A DNA stretch of 49,103 bases, filler included, from Jimgerdemannia flammicorona (GCA_003990765.1; 2 parts of 2 records of this genome joined end to end with filler, not necessarily neighbours in it), one strand, 5' to 3'. Shown: positions 1 through 12,673, counted from the first letter of the whole stretch. Notes: a model not told the origin generated them from the sequence alone. Numbers and translations: made by a program.

Positions 1-164
1 CAATAAAAGGTCACTTTATCTAATACCATCTCTACCTGCCCACTACTCTGTTCACAGATCTTTTCTACCAGACTACGATATCACCTACCTTGGGGGCCCC
101 AACCCACCCACTGTAATAAATTCTCCTGTAAACCCATCTGTCATTACAATTCTTGTCAATTCTA

Positions 165-560
165 CTTGAGCTACCAGCAGTATCTGAGGATGAAAAGATA
201 GACTGCTATGTCTGAGGTCTGAAGGGAAACACATAAGTCAAGTTTGAGCTAGAAGAGCCCAAAACTCTTGATGAAGTCATGAGAATCATCAATAGATTTG
301 ATATTATCACCTTTGGCAACTATACTTTGAACCAGAATACCACAAGAAGAACCACTTTGAGAACTGCCACAGAAACCAATCAAGGACAGTTGGCCTGACA
401 CCAATGGACTTAGACATTATGAATAAAAAGAACACTAAGCTCACCCCTGAAGAAAAGGACTGTCTGAAGAAATCTGGAGCCTATTTCTTCTATCACCAAA
501 TAGGACACATTGCAACCAAATGCCCTAGGAAGACTAGTGAACCCTCAAGACCAGTCATCA
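165..560 (+). pseudogene. gag: Gag C-terminus of element A with degenerate CCHC zinc knuckle
   Basis: ELPAVSEDEKIDCYV*GLK, TPMDLD and YFFYHQIGHIATKCP (a C-x2-C-x4-H-x4-C knuckle after G>A damage). Confidence 0.85.
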
Positions 561-601
561 TATTGTCTAAGGATATACCTGTCAATCCCACCACTAGTCA
601 A

Positions 602-1018
602 CTTAAGCTCAAGATCAAGAAGCTTCATCCAAAAGCCCAGGTCCCTCAATATTAAATAGAAGGAGTCATTGGTCTTGACCTATACTCAGTCAAACAAGTC
701 ACTATTCCAGCCAAGAGCTGTACTCTGGTGCCTACTGAAATTGCAGTTCAATACTCTGAAGGACATTATGCTAGAATTGCACCACAATCAGGACTCAGTA
801 TCAAACATCATTTAGATATAGATACTGGTATCATTGATCCAGACTTTTAAGGATAAGTTCAAGTCTTGCTTGTCAACTAGAAGGATCAAGACTACACAGT
901 TAAAGAAGGAGACCAAGTCACACAAATGATCCTAGAAAAAGCCAGTCAACTCAAGATTACAGAAGTCTAAGAACTCTCTGAAACCAAATGAGATCAAAAG
1001 AGTTTTGACAGCACTGAT
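602..1018 (+). pseudogene. dut: dUTPase domain of element A, in frame between the gag knuckle and the protease
   Basis: LKIKKLHPKAQVP…GLDLYS…YARIAPQSGLSIKH…GIIDPDF*G*VQVLLVN…VKEGDQVTQMI…ETK*DQKSFDSTD matches trimeric dUTPase motifs I-V. Confidence 0.93.
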
Positions 1019-1054
1019 CAAGCAGTAAGTCTTGGTGAAAATTGAGCTCAAGCT

Positions 1055-1390
1055 ATGCTCATTTTCAAAGGCCTAGTCAAAGGAAAAGAAGTCTAAGTAC
1101 TCATAGATAGCAGAGCTGTAGGGAACTTCATCAATCAGAATCTCATTGAAAACCTCAAGATTCTCACCAAGCCTACACTCAAGAACAATAGTATAGTCAC
1201 TGCAGATGGTACTCTATATCCTATTGAGTCAATTGCTGCCAAACTACCCATCAAGATCCAGAAATATTGAGAATAAATAGACTTTGAGGTTGCACTACTA
1301 GGAGATCATGACCTGATCTTAGAAAAACCCTGGCTTATGAAATATAACTCAGACATTGATTGGTGTAAGAATAAAGTCACCTTACTTTAA
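1055..1390 (+). pseudogene. Aspartic protease of element A
   Basis: VLIDSRAVGNFI (from DSGA) and DLILEKPWL…IDW; same frame as the dUTPase. Confidence 0.9.
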
Positions 1391-1590
1391 GATAGAGCCA
1401 ATATTATGATCAAGACAGACAAGACAAGACTATGAACAAGACCCAGATTATAATACTGTCAGCTATATAGTACAAGAAAGCACTCAAGAAGATAATATAT
1501 ATCTTTATTATAATGATTTGCCCTAAGAAACAAGATAAGAGACTATCAGTTAATAAAAGCATTAAGCTATTGCTAGAAGAATTCAAGAAT

Positions 1591-1863
1591 GTCTTTCCAG
1601 ACAAGCTATCTGGTCTACCACCTATATGAGAAGTTGATCATGAAATTAAACTGACCCCAGGAGCTGTACCACCCAAGAAATATATATACTACATGTCACC
1701 ACTTGAAATTGAAGCAGTCAAGAAGGAACTAAAAGAACTACTTGCATGAGAAGCCATCCAGCCAAGCAAATCTCCTTATAGCTCACCAGTCTTATTCATT
1801 AAGAAGAAGAATAGTACTCTGTGAATGTGCATAGACTATCATGTACTCAACAAACTCACTGTC
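1591..1863 (+). pseudogene. Reverse transcriptase N-terminal part of element A
   Basis: VFPDKLSGLPP…DHEIKL…PSKSPYSSPVLFIKKK…MCIDYHVLNKLTV. Confidence 0.9.
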
Positions 1864-1943
1864 TCCTTTCTCCTGTACAATTCACATTACACAGACTTCA
1901 AGCAACAGTTTTCAACACAACTTGGAGAAAAGGTACCATCAAA

Positions 1944-3971
1944 ATGTCATCAAGTAAGAGTGCCAACAGGTATACTGGGTTGGGGGGTTCTGGGGCTTTT
2001 GGCTGACAGAATGTGGAAAGGGGTTATGGCCTGGGGATGGGGGCCTTTGGAGGGTCGAAGGGCAGTGAGGGCTCTGGAGGAGGACTAGTATTAGGTGGTA
2101 ATGGAGGAAGAACTGGCCCCTCAAGCTTTGCTGACAAGGTGAAGAGGAGTGGATGGCTGACTAGAGTCAGGACTAGTGCTGCTGTGGGGAAGGGCAAGGT
2201 GAGCTTTGGAAGGGGGAGAGGTTCTCAGACTGAGAGTGTGAGCATAGGGTCTAGAGGGGTTGTGGCTAGGGGTGGGACTGCTGATGGAGGTGTGATGGGG
2301 AATCAGGAGAAAAAAAGAGATGTAATAGCTGATGGCAGAGTGGGGCTAGGGCTACTGATTCAGAAGGGAGACCTGGCCAATAGTGTGATGGGGCTGGTGG
2401 TGGCACTATTACTCAAGAAGTTGGTTTCAGAGTTTGCAGCTACCTTGTGCTTCCAGGGCTTAGCAGTGATAGCAAGGATGGTCCTGGGGCTTATCTTGCA
2501 GCAGATAGCTGGGGCAGCCTTGGTGAAGTTCCTAAAGGGGCTGGAGAGGGTAGAGGTGGGCTTTGAGGAGGTGGGCTCACTGGATGAGACAATGAAGACT
2601 AGAGTAGTAGTTGGTGAAGTAGTGGTCCCTATGGTGCACTACCTTAGGTGGGACCTTAGGGTGGTACAGCTGCTAGTCAAAGGGGTGCCTACAGTGATGA
2701 AGGTTGAGACTAGGAGGAGGATAGAGGAGGTGGTGGCAGAGTATAGTGATGTGGTAGATATCGGCTTCTGGGTGTGAGAGGGGACAGCAATCAGGATGAG
2801 TGATGTAGATGTCAGGATTAGGCTGGCAGAGAGAGAGGCCACTGGAAAGATGAATAACTGACCTTCAGTGTTGATGTGGGGGGCTGTTGTCTGTAGGGTG
2901 TTGAGGGTGAAGGGGAGTGAAGAGGAGGAGGAGGACTTGTTGGAAGCACTGGAGGAGTTGAGTGGTGCAGTTGAATGAAGGGCAAAGGCCTGGAAGCTCT
3001 ATGAGGAGACAACACATCTGGAGGTTGTAGAGGGGAAGAGGATTCGAACTAACAAGGGGCAGTGGGAGTAGACTCAGGGGCATAAGCAGTAGAGAGAGCT
3101 ATTAGCAAGTATGAGTAGTGGGGCTAAGAAGAAGGTGGATAGTGCTAGGGAGGCTGGGGGCATCAAGGCCAGTGTCTGGGCTAGTAAAGGAGGAAGGGAG
3201 GTGGGGGTAAACAAGGAAGGGGCTGAGAAGGAGCCAAACAAGAACCCCTATGCAGATGGTACATTTGAAGTCTGGGAGCAGGAGTTGGATGCCACCTTCC
3301 TCCCTCTTATCAGGAGGGGCTTGATAGCAAAGAGAGGGGCAGCAGATAATGTGCTGATGAAGGGGACACAGCAGGTACACTTTGGAGTCCCCAATGTGGT
3401 GAAAGGGGGTCAGGTGGTAGCAGTTGATGAGGACAAGCTGGTGGATGTCCCAGAGGAGGAGTGGGATGAGGCGACCAGTATAGGAGCTGATACCACAATG
3501 TTGGATGTAGGGCAGCCAGGGACTCTGGGAGGGAAGGAGGTGGGGAACCTGCTGTAGATGAGCAAGGTGATAGATAACCTCACAGCAGAGGCATTGGGAG
3601 AAGTGGACCTAAGTGTAATGCCTGAGGAGCATTGGGCGTGGATTCTGCATAGAGATAGAGTGAGAGAGGCACTGAAAGTGGAGATTCTTACAATCTTCCT
3701 AGAGGAGAAGGAATATGAGGTTGATGAGGTGAAGAAGGCAAAGCTGGGGCTTGTCACTAGTGAGTGGGCTGCCTACTATTGGGTGGAGCATCATGGTTTG
3801 CAGCTCTGGCAGAAGGCCTGTCTGGAGTACTGTGAGGACTTTGAGGAGAGAGAAGATGGAGCAATGGTGGAACTTCGGAGAGGATTGGAGGCATAGAAGA
3901 CTGATGAAAGGAAGCTAGCTACTGAACATGACTTAGACTTGGTGCAGGAGGAGCCAAATGCAGACTTGTAG
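1944..3971 (+). pseudogene. LINE-1 ORF1 (about 675 codons, several in-frame stops)
   Basis: ORF-track fragments 2013, 3111 and 3558 share one frame from the ATG at 1944 to the TAG at 3969-3971; collinear with LINE-2 ORF1. Confidence 0.85.
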
Positions 3972-4000
3972 AGGTTGGGATCACTACATAATATTTTCTT

Positions 4001-7000
4001 ATGAATAGTATAACCAAAATCTTCTCTTTGAATGTGAATGGGTTAAGGGGAGCTGGGCAGCATAAGAACATTTTTACTTGGCTCAAGAGTTTGGAGGCTG
4101 ATCTCTTTTTACTACAGGATGTATGGTGTGAGGATGAGGATGATCAGATAGAGTGGACTAGGAAATGGGGTGGGGCTACTGCTTGGTTTGGAAAAGTGGC
4201 AATTCTGGTGAAGAAGGGTAGAGGAGATTTGGGGGAAATCAGGAGCTGGGGGGATCGCTTGGTCTGGGGAGATTGGTATCGGCCAGGATGGGAGTTGGTG
4301 AGAATTGGCTCTTGCTACTATCCAGTAGTTAGGGGTGAGAGAACTACATGAATTAAGGAGCTGCTGGAGGAGGGTATTCTCTTGGAGGAAGGAGTTGATG
4401 TTCTTGGTGGGGACTTTAATATGGTTCGGAATCAGCATCTAGACAGAACTGATGGAGGGAGGAATGTAGGGGGGAGGAGTGGAGGTCTGGATGCTTGAGA
4501 GGAGGTAGAGAATTTGAGCTTCTTAGGGGATATAGGCAGGACATGATGGGGCAATACCAGGGTCTACCACATTGGGTGAATGGCTTGGATATAAGGATTG
4601 ACTGGATTCTGACAGCCAAATGTTGGGGTTCAGATGTTTGGAAGACATTGGAGATAGAGTAGTGCCTGTGGTCTGATCACTGGGGACTTTTGGGGCAGGG
4701 GCAGTTTGGGGGGAGTAGAGATAGACCTAGACATTGGTACCTTAACTCCTCTCTGCTGGCTGAGGAGGAGTTGTGGGACTCATGGGTGGAGGATATTCAG
4801 ATGAAGGTCTTTATCTAGAGGCATGAGGATTTGTCTGTGGGTGTCTATTAGATAAGATTAAAAGAGGCTACAAGGGTCTATTGGAGAGGAGCTGGTAGAG
4901 AAGCAGGGAGACAGAGGAGGAAGTGCACAAGGTGTACTTCCAGTAGGCTGAGGAGATTGTAAATAGATTGGGCAGATTTGCTTACTTCTGATGAGATGGA
5001 GGATTGGAGGATAGAGCAGGTGAAATTGGAGATGATGGAACTGCAACAGGTGTTGCAAGAGGAGGAGGAGATGCATATGTGAGGAATGGCTGCCAGGCTA
5101 TGATGGCAGGGGCTTGAGGAGGGTGAGCAGCCTACTAGGTACTTGTCAAGACTCCTCAAAGCTAGGAGGGTGTGACATAGGTGGGATGGGGTCTTAGATG
5201 TCGAGGGGGATATGGTGCATAGTACTCAACAAATCTTAGGAGTTTTGAAGAAGAGATGGTAGGGTTTGTGGAGTGAGGGAGAAGGGGGTGCTGATGAGGA
5301 GATGATTAAAGATACACTTGAGGAGTGAGGGCTGCTATAAGTGGAGGGACTGAGTGATCTGATATTACCAGTGCAAGGAGAGGAGATCTAGAGTATCCTT
5401 GCAGCCACTAAGCTTGGAATAGTATCAGGGAAGGATGGGCTACCATGGGACTTCTGGAAGAAGATGGTCAAGGTCCCTGGAGTTTTGGGTGAGATGACTG
5501 TTCTCTGTGACCATGTTCTTCAGAGTGGTGAGTGGGTTGGAGAGCAGGACCTTGGGCTGGTGGCCTTATTGTACAAAGACAAGGAGAAGAGGGAAGACTG
5601 GAAGAATTGGAGACCAATCATACTTCTGGATATGGACAGGAAGATGGTAACTAAGGTGATTGTCACAAGGCTGCAGAAAGTTGCCCAACAGGTGCTGGGG
5701 AAGGAGTAGTGGGGCTTTGTTGGGGGCAGACTTATAAGAGATGAGACTGCATGGGTGCATAGTATCATTGAAGGGGCCCGGGCTTGCAGACTGGATGAAA
5801 GGTTGGTCTTTTTGGACCAGGAGAAGGCCTATGACCATGTATGGTGGGTTTGGCTAGGCAAGATGTTGGATTGAATTGGTGTTCCTCCAGGATTTTGAGT
5901 TTCTATGTTAAATCTATTAGCTAGCAGTTGGGCAGTGCTGATATGTAATGGTCATCGAGATCTGGTATTTTCCTTGGGAAGAGGGGTTCCTCAGAGGGAC
6001 CCTCTGTCCTCAGTTCTATATGCCCTTTCATTAGAGCCTTTGATGGATAGGATTCACCAGAAGGTGGCCAGGCTCTCTATCTATAGTATAGTGTGGAGGG
6101 TGGGGGCCTTTGCTGATGACATAGTAGTTGGACTTAGGTCAGTGGCAGATGTTGAGGCACTTAAGGGGACAGTGGAATGGTATGAGGCTCACTCTGGGGT
6201 AAAGCTCAACTGGCATAAGTATGAGACAATAGTGCTAGGGAATGGACTAGTAGGTGGGGACATCATTGGAACAATTGTCTCTACAAGTGAGGTGGTGTGG
6301 TATCTGGGTATCTTCCTTTCTATATATGGTTCTGTCTTGCCACAAATATGGTGGGAGAGCAGGGTGACCATTTGGGGGGAGGCCCTTCGAGGTTGGGGAG
6401 GCCACTATATCTCTCTGGCAGAGTGGGTGTCAATTCTGAATATCTACTAGTTCCCCAAGCTGTGGTACATGGCCTATCATCTAGACTTCCCAGCTTGGGT
6501 AGTGAAGAGGCTGATGAAGATGGCTAGGGATTGGATTTGGGCAGGGAGGAGATTCCAGATCAGTTGGGATACTTTTGCAACACCAGTGGTCAGGAGAGGT
6601 CTTGGCCTTATGGATCTCCCTAAGAGATTGCACTGCTTGCAAGCCTGGTGGTTGAAGAGAGCTGCTGAACTACAGAGAAGGGGGTGGGTACTACTGATGC
6701 AGAAGGTGTAGGAGATAAGGACCTCCCCTAGAGGGTTCTCAGAAGATCTGCTCTCTTTAGTAGGGCTGAATGGCATTCAGCGCCTGTGGTTTAAGGGCTT
6801 TTGGGTGGGGGTGGTAGATGGAGCACACCATATTGGCCTGCACTGGCAAGGTAATGAGGGGAAGGTGATGTGGGGTCCCAGTATGTGGCAATGGGATCAG
6901 CTACTTCTGGGAGGCACTTCCCTTGCTGAATTTGATATTGGAGATAGAGTGGAGTGTCAGCAGAGTCTTGGCTGGAATCTTTGGCCAAGTGGCTGGCAGG

Positions 7001-7657
7001 TGGCAGGGATTGGTGAGGAGTGGAACTGGGCAGGTATCTGGTCATGGAGTGCTGAGGTGCAGAGGTGGCTTCCTCTCAAGTTCTGGGTGGTATGGTGGTA
7101 AATGTTACAGAGGAATATCATGTTGAATTACTGCACTGGGCATCTGGTGGATAGTGGCCATTTAGATTGTGAGGAGTGTTATAATGTTGAGCAAGCTGGG
7201 GCTTGTACAGATGCCAGAACACTAGCTAGGAGAGTGTGAGGTTTTGGGGGACTTTTGGGTAGAAATTGAGAATAGGCTGGATATGGAGTGAAGGCTGGCA
7301 GGTGAGAGAGGCCACTGAGAGGACTTGAGATCTCAGCTAGTAGATAGTGTAGGTGATAGTTGGCTCACTGTAGGGTGGGTGTTAGCAGTGTGGGTGGGTC
7401 TGGCTGGACATTGGCTTTTTGTATTTGAGGAGGGGCAGTAGATGGGACTACAGGAGAAGATATTATAGTGGGAGGAGTTGTTGGGAGATCTGCTGACTAA
7501 ATAGTGAGTGGGTTGGGGTCCTCAGGGGGGGTGATGTCATAGCTTGGTGGTAAGGATTTGTGAACAGAGTGGTAGGAGAGTAGAGTTAGTGTTAGATAAA
7601 GTAACTTTTCATCGAGTAGAGATAGGGAGGGGGAGCTCCCCTAGGGGGATTGGTTAG
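4001..7657 (+). pseudogene. LINE-1 ORF2: APE endonuclease, RT and C-terminal Cys/His knuckle
   Basis: SLNVNGL…LLQD, GGDFN, RIDWIL, SDH; WRPIILL, DQEKAYDHV, GVPQRDPLS, AFADD; CEEC…PEH*LGEC; ends PRGIG*. Confidence 0.95.
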
Positions 7658-7721
7658 GGGGTGGGTTTATTGTATTTATATGAGATAGATGGGCATAATA
7701 AAGAAAGGAAGTCCAAGTGAC

Positions 7722-7751
<30 letters not shown>

Positions 7752-7753
<2 letters not shown>

Positions 7754-8800
7754 CAAACTCACTGTCAAGAACTGCTATCTACTATCCTTAATTGATCAAA
7801 TCTTTGATGCTCTCAAGAATGTCAAGTACTTCACCAAGTTAGACCTTATGTTAGGATACCACTAGATTCGAATCAAGTTAGAAGATATTCTCAAGACTAT
7901 ATTCATAACTCTCTTTGGACTCTACAAATTCCCAGTCTTAGTATTTGGTCTCACCAATACACCTGTCATATTCTAGACTCTGATGAATAAGATATTCAAG
8001 GACTAACTATTCATTTTCCTGTTAGTATATCTTGACAACATCCTGATCTTTAGTGCAACTAAAGAAGAACACCTCAAATACATCTGAATAGTCCTAGAGA
8101 TCCTGTGAAAATACAAGCTTTATGCTAAGCTTAAGAAGTATAAATTCTTCAAGAAACAAGTTGAATACCTTGGCCACATTATCTCTATACAAGGAATTCA
8201 AGTAGACCCACACAAGATAGAAGCAATTAAAGAATGGCCTATTCTATCAAATTTCACAGAACTCCAATCCTTTTTTGGTCTAACTAGCTATTACTATCAC
8301 TTTGTCAGAAACTCTCTAGCATTGCTGAGCCACTAACTAATCTCATGAGGAAGGCCCTGCACTCTGACCACTATGTATCCTACACCTGGAACCTCTTCTG
8401 TCAACAAGCCTTTCAAGAACTCAAGAACCACCTAACCCATGCTCTAGTATGTATTGAATTTTACCATTGGAGTAGTCCTATCACAAGATGATGGCAAAGA
8501 ACATCATCCTATTTCTTTCAAGTCCTATAAGCTAGCCCTAGCTGAACAAAAGCTAGCTACTCATGAGAAGAAACTACTAGCAATAATATATACACTAGAC
8601 TACTGGTGATACTATCTAGAAGGTATTGAGTTTAATATTATTACTGATTATCAATCTCTCAAGTATATCAACACCTAACCTACTCTGTCATATCTATAAG
8701 CCAAGTAGAGCCTTAAGCTTCAAACCTTCAATCTGATGATCATCTACAAGTCTGACAAGATACTTGTAGTACCAGATGCTTTATTAAGATACCCAGACCT
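7752..8800 (+). pseudogene. RT C-terminal part and RNase H of element A
   Basis: KLDL…GYH*IRI, FGLTN, VYLDNILI (from YLDD), VEYLGHII, GVVLSQ, ITDYQSL, VPDALLR. Confidence 0.93.
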
Positions 8801-8989
8801 TGCCACAATTATGTAAGTCACCTTGGCATCAGAATTCCTGGACCAAATCAGGCAAGCTTATAAAGAAGATATAGTTGCCACTAGAGTTTTCTTGAACAAA
8901 CTCAAGGATATATATACTGTTGAGAACAATCTGATCTATCATTAGGACCAAGTCTATCTACCTGAAAACATGAACCTATGCTACAAGGT

Positions 8990-10020
8990 TTTGTAAGAAC
9001 ACCATGACTCTCCTCTTGTCAGTCATCTGGAAATTGAGAAAACTATCAAGAACATCCAATACCACTACTATTGACCAAACATGATCAAGGAAATCAAGAA
9101 CTATGTTGCCAGCTGTGATCAATATCAGCATAACAAGTCTACTAACCAAGTATCTGCTGGTTTGCTACAACCACTGCCAATTTCTACTAAGAAGTTTGAG
9201 CAAGTCACCATGGACTTTATAACTCAACTACTACAAACTCAATCTGGTATTGATGCTATCATCATATCTATTGACCACCTGATCAAGACTATGGTTGCTG
9301 AACCAACTACTACCAATGCTACTATATCTGAGATTACAAGAATCTTCTTCAAGTCTATTTTCTGTCACTATGGTCTACTATGAGTAATTATTAGTGATCA
9401 TGATCCCAAGTTCACCAGTCACTTCTAGTAAACTCTCTTCAAACCTCTGGGAACCCAATTGGCTTTCACTCACAAACTGATAGACAAACTGAGCACATGA
9501 ACAGAACTCTAGAACAAATGCTTAGAAACTATATTTCTTATGAGCAAGATAATTGAGACATCTACCTAACTTATATAGAGTTTACATATAACAATACCAT
9601 CCAATTATCTACTGGTCTTTCTCCTTTTTGGTTACTCCATAATTAAGATTCCAAGACTCCTACAAGTCTATTCTCTTTTAAGAAAACCAGTCAAATATAA
9701 GTCCCAACCACTAAGAACCTTACAGACAAAATAGACAAACTACTCAAGATTGCTATAGTGAATCTTCAAAAGACTCAATAGCATCAAGCCAAGTATACTG
9801 ACAAGAAATACCATGATGTCACTATACTATTGGAGATCAAGTCCTACTGTCTACTGAGAACCTCAAGATATAATCTCAAGATAACCACCCTTTGAATAAG
9901 TTCCAACCCAAGTATATTGAACCTTTTGAGATCACTGAATAAGTCTCTGCATCCTCCTACCATCTCAAGCTATCTGAAACCATAAGAGTACACCCAGTCT
10001 TTCATGTATCATACCTCAAG
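8990..10020 (+). pseudogene. Integrase of element A (HHCC, core, GPY/F)
   Basis: HHDSPLVSHL…SCDQYQ…GLLQPLP…VTMDFIT…IISDHDPKF…QTEHMNRTLEQML…PKYIEPF…HPVFHVSYLK. Confidence 0.93.
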
Positions 10021-10095
10021 ACCTGGAACCAGTCACCACCCTACCCTAGTTGAATTTCTAAGCCTTCTGTCCCTGTGATTATTGAAGACCATATT

Positions 10096-10250
10096 GAGTA
10101 TAAAGTTGAGAAAATTCTTGACAAATGAATCTACTACTGCTGTCCTGAATACCTAGTCAAGTGGATGGGTTACTCTGAATATGATGCTATCTGGGAATCA
10201 CTAGTCAATCTCAAGAACTCTTAAGATCTAGTTCAAGACTTTGAGATAAA
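10096..10250 (+). pseudogene. Chromodomain at the integrase C-terminus of element A
   Basis: EYKVEKILDK…EYLVKWMGYSEYDAIWESLVNL. Confidence 0.92.
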
Positions 10251-10573
10251 ATGCATTGTCTAATCTCTGTAGTAACTTTCTTGGATTGTCAACAACCTAT
10301 AGCAATAACCAGTGCCTTATACATTAGAAGTTTACTTTGGGACTCCAGAACTAGCAGAATATTTAATGAATAAGAAGTCTACCAAAATGAAGCTACTAGC
10401 TGGATTTGAACCTCTCCTAGTTGGTTAGTCTGGTAATAGACCCTCTGCTCTATATGAGGATGGCCAATTCCCACCAATGTACCAATACAAGTTTGAGAAA
10501 TTTTGGTTAAGTATATCTAGCCATATGTTATCTAAGAACTCAATAAGGATATTAGTTCTTAAAGAGAGAGAGA

Positions 10574-11037
10574 TATAACAATTTCACAGTCATATTTAGT
10601 CTTAGTACATTTTTGTATCTTTTAGTTAGTTTTTTCTTATTATTTCTTAGACATTCTACTATATTCCATCATCTTCTACTTGCTTAGAAACCTTCTCTCA
10701 GCACCCAGACACCACCAGAACATTCTTATCTTTCCTTAGTACTAAATATCTTATCTTAGCTAGTTATGGAACCTTTCAGAACATTGTAGAATAGTATTAG
10801 TCAGCTTTGCTGAGAACCTATTTCTTGACATTTCTCTTTCTTTCTAAGATCCTTTCAGATCTTTCTTTCAGATTATATATAAATATTCTTATTCTCTATC
10901 TAAATAAAGCTCAGAATATTTTCTCCCAGAAATCCTTCAAGAATACTTGAACCTTTAAGTATCTCTCCAAGCTACTTTAGGTCAATCAGAACTTCCAGAT
11001 TTAGCCACTTCCTCTTAAAGAAACTAGAACTGTTATA
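10574..11037 (+). repeat. 3' LTR of element A, preceded by a PPT at 10561-10573
   Basis: Purine tract aaagagagagaga followed by inverted termini tataaca…tgttata (TGTAACA…TGTTACA after transitions); internal TATA-like and AATAAA motifs; no partner LTR in the window. Confidence 0.75.
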
Positions 11038-11510
11038 CAAGTAGTATATACTGATAAAAATAGAAGAAAAGTTATCTATAAAAAAGAAGAATAAGTATTA
11101 CTCAGTATCTAGTATCTAATTTTAGATAATATAGATCTCAAAAATTAGACTTTGTTATATTGGACTATTCAAGATCCTTGAAAAATATCTATTATAAGTT
11201 AGATCTCTCAGCAATACTAAAAAATTCATCTAGTATTCTATATATCTCAACTTTAGCTAGATACTCTAAACACTTTTGAAAGAAGAACTATACTACTTCT
11301 AGATCTAGTAATTATTAATCAATAACTAGAATATAAAGTAGACTACATTCTGAATTATAAGAATTACTAATTTGGATGAGCTACTAAGCTCATCCAATAT
11401 AATCTTATAAAATGAAAAGAATACTCTGAGTATAATACTATTTGGGAAAAAGAAGATAATCTTTTACTAAATATAGAAGAAACAGTAATCTGATATAAAT
11501 ATCTAGTATA
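11038..11510 (+). pseudogene. Older chromovirus B relic (integrase C-terminus and chromodomain), the host of element A
   Basis: QVVYTDKNRRKVIY…VLLS; EYKVDYILNY…IK*KEYSEYNTIWEKEDNL; extremely AT-rich. Confidence 0.8.
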
Positions 11511-11665
11511 ATGAAAATTCTAATAAGATTTCTAAAAGATAGTTATATCTATAAATATCTCTAATAAGAGAAATATAAATATTCTGAAACAATCTTATAC
11601 AGATAACTTATCTTTAATATAAGTATCCAGTAATGATACTAATAACAAACTAAGAATAAGATTAT

Positions 11666-11847
11666 TGTTACTGTTTTTATAGCTATCAAATATATTGAAA
11701 TTCTAATTATTATATATCTTGATAATATAGCTTATATATAACTATATCATCTTTTGAATTATATCACTCAATATATAAATATATAAGTAATCAATAAATA
11801 CAATACTGCTCTTCTCTCTACTCTATATTTCTTACTAAGTTATAACA
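11666..11847 (+). repeat. Probable 5' LTR of a Ty1/Copia relic
   Basis: TGTTA…TAACA termini followed by aaggttataagct, resembling the GGTTATGAGCCC primer-binding motif of fungal Copia elements. Confidence 0.65.
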
Positions 11848-11990
11848 AAGGTTATAAGCTTTACTTAGCAACTAAGAAAACACCTCTCTAAGACTATATA
11901 CTACTTTATACTAAGATATTATAAGAGACAAATTAAGGAGTAAGTATAAGTATACTGAACACAATAGGTACAAATACTCCTAGAATAGAT

Positions 11991-12673
11991 ATGACAATAG
12001 TTATAGCTCTTATAATAAACATAAATATAGCCAAGAGATTGATCTTAATCTTTAATAATAAAGATTATGCTATTTGAATATTTTATATGAGCAATCTTCT
12101 AAAAGAGTGTAGTTTGGTAAAATATATAAAACCATAAGTACAGATTCAAGATTATAATACTAAAAAATTGTCTTTATATTATTAAACTAGAAAATGAAGC
12201 TTATAATATATACTATAATAGTTTATAATATATAGAAGACTTTATACAATTATTATATATAAGTATCCTCATCAAATCAGTTCTATCTGAAATCTTAGCT
12301 ATTTAATTTATAAATAAAGCCTAAGAAGAGTATTTGTGAATATATCAGTTATATTGATAATCTGATAAATCAAGTAAATTTCCTAAGTATATCAACAGAG
12401 TGTATCAGTAATGAAGATAAGGTTCTGATCCTTATAAGAAACCTTACTGAGACATATAATATTATAGTAATAGCTATATATGAGAGCAGAAAACTTATAG
12501 ACTATACTTATATAATAACAAGTCTTATTAATAAAGAGATGTGTCAAGGAAACAATAATAATAATAATGAGAAAGTATTCTACAGATTATATAGATGAGG
12601 TAAGAAGTATCAATAAGGTCAAAAATATGAAAAGTTTGATATAAACTACTATTACTATAATAAGTATAGATAT
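11991..12673 (+). pseudogene. gag: Copia gag relic, interrupted in its zinc knuckle by element C
   Basis: FNNKDYAI*IFYMSNLL…SICEYISYIDNL…ISNEDKVLILIRNL…NYYYYNKYRY (a CxxCxxxxH knuckle after G>A damage). Confidence 0.75.

Larger units (their letters stand above)
1864..7751 (+). mobile_element. Full-length L1/Tx1-like non-LTR retrotransposon (LINE-1)
   Basis: 15-bp TSD aacaaactcactgtc at 1849-1863 and 7752-7766; AATAAA at 7697-7702; poly(A) at 7725-7751; ORF1 plus ORF2. Confidence 0.96.
1..11037 (+). mobile_element. Ty3/Gypsy chromovirus A (5' end outside window), order gag-dUTPase-PR-RT-RH-IN-chromodomain-PPT-3'LTR, interrupted by LINE-1
   Basis: Domain motifs read in order on the + strand with many stops; the RT is continuous across the LINE insertion (…VLNKLTV | KNCY…); PPT and LTR at the 3' end. 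Confidence 0.95.

Noticed and set aside
7625..7665. G-quadruplex/hairpin-like tract near the LINE 3' end
   Set aside because: Mostly explained by the coding end of ORF2 (GRG..P.GIG*), conserved as protein in LINE-2.
10388..10415. tRNA-complement-like tgaagctactagctggatttgaacc
   Set aside because: The T-stem does not pair; it is better explained by the LLAGFEP reading frame.
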